Program-made: the position numbers and the translations under genes
Assembly: GCF_963853765.1 (NCBI RefSeq)
Contig: NC_088859.1
Span: 19,840,001 to 19,904,000 of the forward strand
Reading direction: 5' to 3'
Source: Magallana gigas
Taxonomy: Eukaryota
DNA length: 64,000 nt
The notes under the pieces: generated by a model
What the model was told of the DNA's origin: nothing
Database searches by the model: none
Seen by the model: the letters and a program-made list of their open reading frames with translations, nothing else
Shown: one piece after another, positions 1-11,217 of the stretch
How the letters are laid out: each line of letters starts with the position of its first letter
How positions within the stretch are numbered: the first letter of the stretch is position 1

Positions 1-513
1 ATTTCTTGTATGGATGGAACTGTAGCTCTACGGTTCGTCAACCCGAATAGAATCTATATACTTCTTTGACAAGTTTTAAAGATTATTAATTTTCTCACAA
101 TCCATATGAAACAATATTTTTTTTTTCAATTTTATCCAATGTTAGCATTTGATTTAAAAGATACAAGGTAAAAATATCAGGCTAAAAATAAACAACATTT
201 CATCATATCCAGGGACGTATATACCGTTATTTATGTCTCTGTTATAACAACCTTGGAAGATTTTGCATAATATATGCAGTCTCACTGTCTGTTGAACATT
301 TTAATATCCCTGTATTGGTGTTACATGTTACAAGTTATTTCAATAAAGATTAACAACTCATGAACTTTAAAAAAGATGATTTATTGCAAGTTAGGACAAG
401 CTTACAATGGAGTAAAATAAAACATAAAACAAAACAAACCAAATTTTTGTCCAAAAAGGCACATACAGGTATAGCACACATCAACCCCCGTCCCCTTCCA
501 TATCACACACACA

Positions 514-840
514 TAGGGCCACGCCAATATAATTTCTTGTTCATCGGACCCCTCGTGGTCCAATTTCACTATAACTATACAAATAATATTATAACTAATT
601 TTCCGCATCCAGGAAATCTTGCACTGTTTTCTGTACTATTTCCACTATATTTATAACATTTTAAATAATTTTTTAATCAGAAACAAGTAGAAGAAATATT
701 ACTGTCCGCTAAAATTTATTTCTGTACTGCCTGATAATTTTGGCTACAAAAAATTATTTTAATTTTTAAATTGCTCGCCCGCTCCTATCCTTTTTTCACT
801 CGAATGTCCAAGAAACAAGAAATTATATTGGTGTGGCCTA
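514..840. mobile_element. MITE with ~35-bp imperfect terminal inverted repeats
   Basis: Left end tagggccacgccaatataatttcttgtt; right end aacaagaaattatattggtgtggccta. A partial inverted copy occurs at ~16289-16525. Confidence 0.7.
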
Positions 841-1154
841 GACACCATCTGACACTCTTTCTTTTTTAAAAGTGTTTTTTTCCACATCATTTATTCTGGG
901 TGCATGTTTTTATTAAACCACCATAACATTTACAAGTACATTTCCCAATTTCTCATTACTAGCCAAATCAAAATACGTTATAAGAAAATCATGTAAAAAT
1001 TTGTTTTATATGACCTTTTAATGTATAAAATTATTGGTAAATCTGAATTCCTGAAAGCATGTATCTACCCAAACATGAAATAAATTGTTAAAAAAAGCAA
1101 GATTGTAGCATATGGCATAAAAATGAAAGTTTTTGATATCTAAAACTGTAGTCA

Positions 1155-4100
1155 TTAACTTGGAAGTTGCTTCAAATCTGGTTGCACAAATCTGTAATAC
1201 AAAATAAACATTGTATGTTAAAAGTGTCATACCAGTGCATAGTTTTCTTAATATCAATGCTGGTACATATACCGGTACTTTGAAAATTTTAAAGCTAAAA
1301 TGCACAATCATACCAAAATGCTATCAATGAAAAACATTACTTTATAGTGCCACTCCATGAAATGGTTCACATTTCTGAGCTATTTTGATTGCTTGAGGCT
1401 TCATTGCATTTATGTTTTCTCCATTTATGTTTTCAAGCAGTAGTTTATAAAGAAAATTTTTTGGGAATCAGGAAAAATCAACAAATTATTCCATTATATA
1501 CGAGTACTAGCAAATTAAAAATTAATACAGTTGAACTTCGATATCTTCAACACTGATATCTCAAATACTTGGATATCTCAAAGTTTTTGTACCAGTCCCA
1601 TCTAGTTCAAGATAACGAGGTTTGAGTGTATATACTTTAGTATACTCTATTGAGTGTACGGTACATGTATTTACTTCTTATCTAACATTGCTTTACTATA
1701 ATGCGAGTGCTTTTTGTACCCAGTACCAGTACTTACTGATGTCTGGCAGTGTCTGAGTACAAGTGATTGTGGGAGTAGTACTGAGCTATGACTGTTTTGT
1801 CTAGAAGGTAGCGGTTCCTCTCCAAAAACTCTTCAAAGGAGGGGACCCCTGGGGATTTCTTTATGGCGTGGGCGACCTCTGCTATGTAGAACATTGTGAT
1901 GGTTTCGTGGAATCCAAACTTGACCTACCAAGTAGTAAAATGTGATTACCCTTTCAATTGTTTGCAAAAAATCCTACTGTGTGCATCAGTTTTATCAAAC
2001 ATAAATAATCAAATTCTATAAGAAAAAAGTTTTAATAAAAGTACCTTGTCTTTGTTTTGTTCATTAAAATTCTGTATACCAAGTCTGGAATAAAAGAATG
2101 TTAATACACTTAAGTACAAAGACCTGTTTCAAGAGAGATAACTCAGTCATGTTGAAAACAGATCACTATAATTAATAGTTTATCAAATTCAGTTTCAGCC
2201 AAAATTTGCTGAAATTGTGTGCCTTTTAATTATAATTAATCTTTTAAATTTTTTTAATCATAAACAAGAATTTTTCAAAGTGCAGAGGAATTATAAACCT
2301 TACACCAGTTCGATAACACTGATTGTATGTCAAACTCACCGTATGTGAGGAATGGCTCCTTCTTTGCCGTACTCAGTGATGTAGTTCCAGGCCATCCTCA
2401 GATGTGCCTCGTGAGTCCAGTCCTCAAAAGGTAGAGTGGCATCCTCGAAGGCCTGTATAAATATTTCATCTCCAACAGACCTAAACGATCTACAAGGAAA
2501 AGAAATTACAAATAATTGATAACAACAAGTAATTAATTTATTACCCATAGCAATATTATCTGTTGCAAAACATTAAATTTAGATAGCGTTTCACTGCCCA
2601 AGAGCAACAACTTCTTTCTTGATTTTATTTAACGCCTTATAAAGCAGTTTATAACAAAGAGTAAATTGTGTCAAGTTTTGTTTAATACTAGTTATGTAAT
2701 ACTTTTAAAACTAACATAGGTAGAAATGAAATTCATTCCTTACAATTCAATTTTCTAAAACTTACTGATATGTTTTGCACATAAATCATATTGTAACTTT
2801 AACAATAATCTCTATATGGTATACTGGTAGATTATTTATTATTTAATTATTATTTAATCCAATGAAGTGTTACAATGTCAGTTTTGATCACAGCCTCTGA
2901 CCTGATGTAGTACAGGAGAGGATTGTCTTCGGACTCGCTGATTTCAGCATTGAACACGCTGCCATACCAGACATGGTGGTCTCCCACAGTGTGTACAGAG
3001 TGGGCGCGGCATTCCATAACAGCCGCACAGTCGTAAATTATGGGAATACCCTGGAAAGGGAGTCACCAAATTTATCACACAGATTAACGCACCATATTTC
3101 ATATCATTGCATTATTAAAAAGGAATGTACTTGTAGTTATCCTTAAATTATTTTTTTTTCAATTTTTGTGTTTACAGAGAATTAAAGTTCAAAATGATTT
3201 TCATTAAGATTTTAAAAAAAAGGTCATTGATTTGATCATTATGATAATATATTAATAAAAAAAACTGTCTTTATATGCGATTTTGATTAAGACCTACCTC
3301 ATTTGTCAATGCATGTGGAATATTTTTGAATTGGCATTCCTCTGTCTCTATGTGTTTTGAAAAATCTAAACCATATCCCACCTGGAACCACAAAAAAAAC
3401 ATTTCATTGAAGTTTGAAATAACATAATCATTTTGAATTGACTCAGCATCAGAAAATAGTTGCTGTCTAAGGGCACATAATTTGCTATTTTCCTCATAAC
3501 AAGTAAATAGGCACATAACTTGTGAAAAATTATGGATTTTCTAAATTATCATTTTTGTCTCACCTGGTTTTGCTTTAACACATGGATGGCAAATTGCTGA
3601 GTTCTCAACAACAATTCATGCATATGGCTGGAATGGCACAATTAAGATTTTATCAAATTTTAATGTTTTAACAGATTTTTCAAAAACTAGAACACAATAC
3701 ATGTAGTAAAATGAAGTCAGCTAGTGCTTAAATTTTAATTATCTACTTTTTAAATATTATTTTATCTCTATATATACCTTAATTGGGTTATTTATTCCTG
3801 ACAAATAACAGAGCAATAAATTAATCAACTAAATTAATTTATTGTTCTTTTATTTGTCATGAATATTAAAGCTTTAATTTTTTTTTTCATTTTCACCCAA
3901 ACATTTCTATACCTTGGGTTATTTATACAGATGGACACAATTGGAGGTTGGTAGGAAACATTTGTAAAAGAAGTACATGTCATTCCTCTTTTTATCCAGC
4001 GGTCTTTCAGTATGTCAAATTCCCCTGCTGTCACCACCACCACTGCCAAGTAAATTTTAAAAGTCCATTTGCTGACTTGAATTTAAACACTAAAACACTT

Positions 4101-4897
4101 GCAATAAAACCATTGCAAGACTTCAATTCATTAATTGTAATGAAATTTTAGTAAAGTTTGTTTAGTGTATGTCTATATGCCTGCATAATATATGAACTAC
4201 ATGTATGTCAATTGCTTAAAAAAGGAAGGGGGTGTCACGCATTACAAATAGGCCATTAGGCCAAAATAAAATTTAATTGAAAAACAGAAGAACTTTTCTT
4301 TTATATGAAGATTTTTAATTTTTTTACTTATTTTTAATTAGTTAAACTTCAATTTGATAAAAACAATTCCCTCCCTCCTGGCTCTAAAAACGGTCCACCT
4401 TAGGCGGCAATTCCAAACAAACATTTTAATAAGGATAGTCTTAGCGACACTTTGTATATTACATAATCTAGATGTCTAAACGTCAAAACCAAGTTTTCAG
4501 AAAAAGTGCCATTGTTTTCTGTGCAAAAATAAAAATAATATGAAAGATATAACAATAGAAAACAGAAATTTATAAAAACCCACCAGATTGAGGAACTTTT
4601 CTCATTATCTTCTTGTAGTTTTCTGTTGTGTGGCTATCTCTTTGGAAGTTGGATTTAGAAGATCCTGAAATAGAGGGTTTGAAGAGACACAATGGTAAAA
4701 ATTGGTCACATAATAATGGTTTGCTATAGTAACAACGATCATATCTTTTCAAGTTTATGCAATCAATGAAGTTACATAACGTTAAGTTTACCTGAAGATA
4801 AACATCTGCAGCATCGCTTGACCCAGCCATTAACAAGGCCTTGCTCGCTTATCCCAAACGTCTTTCCTATAACAGACAGCAGTCGCACATGTTTCAT
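1155..4897 (-). CDS. Flavin reductase-like (FMN-binding split barrel) protein fused to an uncharacterised C-terminal helical domain, 342 aa, 10 exons
   Basis: Exons 4897-4792, 4664-4584, 4042-3913, 3627-3564, 3381-3298, 3050-2902, 2489-2340, 2084-2045, 1924-1737, 1191-1155; all GT-AG and phase-consistent, 1029 nt in total. Motifs MRKVPQSVVVVT, RGMTCTSFTNVSYQPPIVSICI, FAIHVL and GIPIIYDCAAVMECR..VGDHHVWYGSV match the flavin reductase family. The C-terminus reads AFEDATLPFEDWTHEAHLRMAW..GFHETIT..YYS..SDTARHQFVQPDLKQLPS. Confidence 0.85.
1526..1630. mobile_element. Short Tc1/mariner-pogo-like MITE
   Basis: Ends tacagttgaacttcgatatc and gttcaagataacgaggtttgagtgta are imperfect inverted repeats with TA at both termini. 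Confidence 0.55.
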
Positions 4898-5124
4898 TGT
4901 ACTCCCAATTTTTGTGTGGCTTTTACCGACAATGACAGTCCCTTGTAAGAAGAAAGAGAAAATTCGGATTACCTTTTGCAAATAATGATATACGATTAAT
5001 AAACAGGATTTTTGACAAATTGTCAATTAGTACGACGATGTTCTGAAAAATTTACACGTATAAAACAAATGGACGAATATATATTTATCATAATAAATAA
5101 TTCGTTAAAAAATAAATAATAACC

Positions 5125-5923
5125 CACGGGCCCTGGAAGTTATTGTAAATATATTGCATGTGCATGTATAAAAAAGTAAGGGTAGGACACTCTTTTTGGG
5201 GCGAAATCGGGTTTGACAAAGTCTGGGCGTTCCTCAAACGAAATTTCGCGATAAATCGTTCAAGTATACTTTACTTACGACATATGTATACATTCGATCC
5301 GCTCCAATGCTGTTACGTCGAAGAAAAAGGTGTTTTTATACATCCAAGTGCCTAAGAATTTCGCTAGACTGGTTTACATCCGGTTTAATCGCAGTGAATC
5401 GAAAGATAAGTTCTGATTGGTTAATAATAAAATAAATCTGCTCGTCAATAAGGTGGCGAAACTGATAACAATTTATGGTGAGTATGTATCAGATGTTTGA
5501 AAGGAGTTATGTATATAGATACTGGGTAGTTTGGCCTTTCAACAATGAAATGCGAGAATAATGAAGAAGATTGACAAATATCGATAAGAAATTAAAGAAT
5601 TTATTTCATTATTGACCAATCAGAACTTAGCTTTCAATTTACCTTTCGATTCACTGCGATTAAACCGGATGTAAACCAGTCTAGCGAAATTCTTAGGCAC
5701 TTGGATGTATAAAAACACCTTTTTCTTCGACGTAACAGCATTGGAGCGGATCGAATGTATACATATGTCGTAAGTAAAGTATACTTGAACGATTTATCGC
5801 GAAATTTCGTTTGAGGAACGCCCAGACTTTGTCAAACCCGATTTCGCCCCAAAAAGAGTGTCCTACCCTTACTTTTTTATACATGCACATGCAATATATT
5901 TACAATAACTTCCAGGGCCCGTG
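5125..5923. mobile_element. Foldback / long-TIR non-autonomous DNA transposon with 8-bp target site duplication
   Basis: Arms 5125-5405 and 5643-5923 (281 bp) are exact reverse complements by eye; termini CACGGGCCC..GGGCCCGTG; TSD taataacc at 5117-5124 and 5924-5931. Confidence 0.9.
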
Positions 5924-6219
5924 TAATAACCCGGCACTTCAGGTTGAGCTTCTTTGTATCGCGATCCCGATGAAAAAAAAGTTTATTATTATACTTCGTA
6001 TTACATAAATATTCACAAAAGCATGAAACACAATAAATTATAGCATAAATTGTGTGTGTGTTTTTTTTAAATAACAATATCTAAATTATTTGGAGAAAAT
6101 CTTTTACGAATTATCGTTTCTGGGGCAAATCGTCCTTGGACGTCACACGTACGTCATAATGATTTTGACGCCACAATATAATCAGTCTTTGATGAGATAA
6201 CAACGAAAAAGTCACAAAA

Positions 6220-9200
6220 ATGCCTACTTCAAGTCAAGCAATGATTGTTATGTCGGGAGAGGGAGAGGATCCAAGGATTCCTCGACGGAGGTATGGGGGG
6301 TCAAGTGAGTTCTCCGTGGCCAATTACGATATGGAATTGGCTCTGCGTTTGAAGAACATTGGATTTTTAAACCAAGGAGTTTCCGGAACCGGACTGCCTG
6401 CTCCGAGTGCTGATAGCATGGCAAGTGTCCTGAAAGCCCTTTCCACAGCTCAGGGTTCATATGACCCAGTTCGAAAAGTCTACCGCTGGCAGGTTTCGAA
6501 CACGCACCACGAGAGACGACCTCTGGTGAGAAGCAGTGAAACAAACACCACTGAAAATATCGTGTGGTTTCCAGATAGGGAACGTGTAAACCACAGCAAA
6601 ACGAGTTACAAAGAGATCAATTTACCAAAGCTTTACGGTCGGTCTGGTAGCACGCCAAATGCCGTGTTAGAGGATGCGGGGATAGTTAGAAAAAGAAAGA
6701 CAAGCGGATCAAGGGTTCCAGGGCTTCCTCCGCACAATATACATGTAGCAGCAGACCCTCGGCCTCCGGCCTCGGTCGTCGCTCGAGCCAAGTTCGTCCT
6801 GTGTTCTGATGGTCACCAGAGAGTTTCTGTGGAGAGTCTATGTGAACCGGAGCAAGCTGTGGGTGACAGTGTAAAGAATACAGCCCCTGAGTAAGCACTC
6901 TCAATTAGTCTTTTTTAAGTACAAGTTATATTTCAAACGAATTGTGTGTCAAGCCCCCTATCCATACCCTATCAAATACCATGACATTAGAATAAAACTG
7001 GCATAAATTATATCGATTTCTAAGTTAACCACAATTCCATAAAGACTTTAAAGTGAATTGCGTGAATTTAAATAGTGCGACACATACATGTATGTATACA
7101 TACCAGGCTTGGGGTAATGCTAATGCATTGCAATGTATTAATTACATGTTTTCAAAGTAATGCTAGTAATGTGTAATGCCACAAAATTAGCATTACAAGT
7201 AATGGTAATGTAATTCATTACTTTCACAAATCTAGTGTAATGCTGGCAGTACATGGCATTATGCATGTTCACTTAAAAAATGTGATGAATAAATGAATAC
7301 TGAAATTGAATTTGATAAAGTTTATTTAAAGAAGAAAGAAATCATTCTTGAGCTAAAAATGTTTTAGTTCTATTATTAAAAAAGATTTTAAAAAATTAAT
7401 TTTTAAATTGTTAATATTAACTAGATATTACAACACATTTTCATAACATTTTTAAGAGTGTTCTTACTAAGAGTTTTAAATCATTTAAACAATTTACTCC
7501 AATTAGTTTGCACTTCAATAAAGAATGGGTCAACAAAACACTATGCCCCAGCATAAGTTAAGCTATTGTTATAAGAAGTTCTAAACACACCCAATCCCCT
7601 TCCCTTTGCTATGCAGAGGTGGATCCAGCAATTTGGAAAGGGGGGGGGGGGTTCCAATTGATGAAAATCAATACGTGCAAAATTCATTATTTGTCAATTA
7701 ACAAGCACTTTTGAACGTTTTCCGTGCGTAAATTTAATAAACATTTATCTCGTCACTATCTATTTCATATCTATTACAACATCAGAGTGCACTGCATTAT
7801 TGAGCGTTTTGCTGTTTTGGTTTAGGTAAGGAAGATTTGCATAATTTCTAGCATTAAAAAATCCAAGTCCCCAGCAATAAGAACGTGCATGCGTCTATGC
7901 TTAATAAAAAAGAAACACTAAGAAATAAAAAATAATTCAGACTAATTACGACAAACTATTATAAAAATGGATTTTTTGGTAATTTTTTTTTATATGTCTT
8001 TGATGTTTAAATTCTGAAATATCTATTGATTTTGATTTCTATCGATTGCCTGGTAATGTAATGCATTATTTCAAAAAAATCAAGTAATGGTAATTTTTAA
8101 AATACATGCCCAAATACATGAAAATAAGTGTGGTAATGCAATGCATTACCCCAAGCCTGGTACATATTTCATGAGTAATAGGAAAGCAAAGCAAATCAGT
8201 TTGAATATGTAACCCCTATAGTGATTTTTCTTCTCTTTTTTCATACGAAGAATATAGCATTTCAGACAGGTGATATTTATCGAAGTTTTATAAATAGTAA
8301 CTAAAGATACGAATTTTGAATCGGTGGGTTTCAGTTGGAACGGTTTCTTTGCATGGTGGGTATGCTAGCGCATCAGGTTCACGGTAATTAAGTTGGTCCA
8401 AATAGAAAAGATTTGCCGTGTTGAACACCTTGCTTCGTGCAGTTGTTTGCGTAGTTGCAATTTAATGTAGTGTAAATACTCAAAGACACAAGAAACCAAT
8501 AATGAAATCGAATGAATACAGCTACTAATTAAGCTATTGTTCCATTCGACCATTTCCGTACCTTATTAATTGTGTATCTGCATTCTGAAATAACGTTTTT
8601 GCATTGCTACGATTTAAACCTGAATGGGGAAAAAAATAACCCTCGCCTCAATAAATCTTATGTTTGTTTTCGTTTTTTAAATGATGTAGAACAGCGTGTG
8701 AAAATCTATCAGACGACCAAAAGGGGCACATTGTCCGGAAAAACTGTACATAGAAATATTTAAAGAGTATATTGTAAACGGAATAATTTCATCAATATTT
8801 GACCTGAGTTTACATCTGTTTGCCATTATTGTTAATGGAACCGAGAGTGTGTATACTTAAATAATCAATGTTATAATTTGGGGACGAGCACATAAATGCC
8901 AAGTACTGCACGTAAAGAGTTTTAAACTTTATATATATATATTCAATAGCTAGTGTTATTGGTACCAATATCGCATAAGGCAAAGTGATTGGAGTTAATA
9001 ACATTTGCTTCTTGTAGAACCCCAAAGCCTCCAAAACTTTCCCTATTGGAAGATGTAAAGAAGAGAGTGAACTACGATTGCCGAGTCCATCCAGCCATGT
9101 ACATGCGCAAACACCGTCCTCCACCGAATCCGTTCGCCGTCTGCTTCAGTTTCCGCGAGAACGACAATTACAACCACACTGAAGTGAAAGACATCCTGGA

Positions 9201-9528
9201 ATCGCAGATCGGTCTTAAGGTCCGCTCCGTTCAGTACGATCCTCTGTCGATCCGCTCGTCGGATGCGGATGTGGGAACGAGGTGGATCGTGACGTATGCT
9301 ACTCCGGCGGAGTGCGAGTTCGCGGTCAGCAAAGGACTTGAAGTGAATGGAGATAAAATCGCCATCAAACTGCTTGTTGACATCATCAATTGTGAGTGCG
9401 AGGCGTATATTTTGCACAAAGAGGAGGAGAGACAAAAAAGGATTGCTAAAGGAAATCAAATAATTTGTGAGAAGAGAAAACGGCGAAAGAAACAAAAGGT
9501 TTTTGTTTCAACATCGACGAACACTTAA
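6220..9528 (+). CDS. Two-exon uncharacterised protein (~393 aa) with a C-terminal RRM-like domain and basic tail
   Basis: ORF 6220-6890 ends at a consensus donor GA|GTAAGC (phase 2). Acceptor ttcttgtag|A at 9017/9018 is also phase 2, joining it in frame to ORF 9018-9528. Both exons are GC-richer than the flanks. Confidence 0.7.
7104..8159. mobile_element. hAT-like non-autonomous element in the intron of the two-exon gene
   Basis: TIRs caggcttggggtaatgc / gcattaccccaagcctg; degenerate 8-bp flanks atacatac / gtacatat. Confidence 0.65.
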
Positions 9529-10425
9529 TCTTTTCTTTTATGCGAGATACATACTAGATGGATATTTTCTAAATGTATTTTTGTGTGTGTGGTGGCAGTA
9601 CTAGTTTTATGACAAATATATCATGTCTTTCTCAGTTATGTTGTATATTTTATGCATGTATATCACATAAATTATCATCACGGTTTCAGAAATGCTATGA
9701 TATTGAATTTGTTAGCGAGATTTTTCAATCATTCAATCTGTCCACTTTGATAAAATAAACGGAAATTCAATAAATATTGACTACCTGAATGTGTAATCTG
9801 AAGTTTTTGTCATCGACCAATGAAACGTTTTTATATTATTTCAGGTATGTGAATTAATTTAGAGGCGTATTTTGACGACAACTTGTAATACGAACTTTTT
9901 TATTACTCTGTGAGTAGCATTTAATGCGGCGTTTTATCATAAATAATTTATCATAAATATTTTTCATATATTTTCTTTATTACAGTAAGAAAACATTTAT
10001 TGAACTTAATTAAAAGAAAATTTTGCATTTTATTCATTCTTTTTCAAAATCAATTTTTAAAGTATGTTAATGGCGTGAAGATGTCGTCAAACTAGGCCTT
10101 TTTAAAAAAATGCACTTTGAACAAATGCTTATGTTTGTCAATTCTAATATGAGTCCATCATATATAGAGGATAAAACTAAATGATAATCATGAACTCGAT
10201 TTGTTTTTTGCTTAGCTAGAGATCCAAATGTATTGTTTTTGGTTTTGTTGTTTGAAAGCCTTTTAAATCGACTAAAATTTCAAATCTGATTCTTCGTATC
10301 TGTTAAGGTAATTTGTAATTATATTTCAACATCTAACGGTCATACATATTAATAGATACACAGAATTTGAAAAGAAATATTTCATATATGGCAAATATTG
10401 TCCCTGTGTTTCGTGATGATTAAAA

Positions 10426-10596
10426 CATTGGAAGTTATATCATGAAAACTATTTTTTCGATAACATGGAATTTTTTTCATTGCACTTCAGACTTAATGTA
10501 TGAGTGATTGGACATTGGAAGTTATCATGAAAACTATTTTTTCGATAACATGGAATTTTTTCATTGCACTTCAGACTTAATGTATGAGTGATTGGA
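10426..10596. repeat. Two-copy tandem duplication, unit ~85 bp
   Basis: cattggaagttatcatgaaaactattttttcgataacatgg...gagtgattgga occurs twice head-to-tail with only small indels. Confidence 0.9.
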
Positions 10597-10699
10597 CAGT
10601 GCATAGCAGGGCAATTGGACATTGCACAGCAGGCATACGGCATCGTTTTTGGAAGGGGAACAGACGCCCCCAACACCTTAACACCAACAATATCCTCTT

Positions 10700-10920
10700 C
10701 TTGACATCACCAAGGCAACCCTCTTCTTGTCATCACCAATCGTAATCTTGACCTTATGCACCAACTCTAATACATGTATTAATATTCGTCGCCAATCGTA
10801 ATATTGACCTCAACAATCCTAATCTTGACGTCGCCAGTCGTAATTTTGACCTCACCGACTCTAATTTTGACGTCTTCAGTCGTAATCTTGAAGTCGTCAG
10901 CCGTAATCTTGACGTCATGC
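10700..10920. repeat. Degenerate 21-bp minisatellite
   Basis: The core cgtaatcttgac(gtc/ctc) recurs at ~21-bp spacing. Confidence 0.7.
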
Positions 10921-11217
10921 ACCTATCCCAAGTACCTAACCCCTTGAGGAAGGGGGTATCTAGGCAATTATTTAATATTGTATGCATATTTCTCAACCTG
11001 CTCAAATCAATCGGGGCATTTCGTTTAAATTTTTATATTAAAATATAAGAAAAATGGTTACCGTTGTTTTGCTACGTACCTGTTTGATGATCTTTTTGTC
11101 ACACTTAACATCAGGTGCGTCAAGGTGTAACTGTTGATTGATGAAAATGATGATTGGATATAATTGATTACAAAATATTATTGCACAATTGGAAGGACTT
11201 GGGAACCAGGCTAGCGT

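Noticed and set aside
5158-5890. Two identical 65-aa ORFs on opposite strands
   Set aside because: They are mirror images within the foldback arms and show no protein features.
9043-9495. 150-aa antisense ORF
   Set aside because: Shadow of the GC-rich plus-strand exon.
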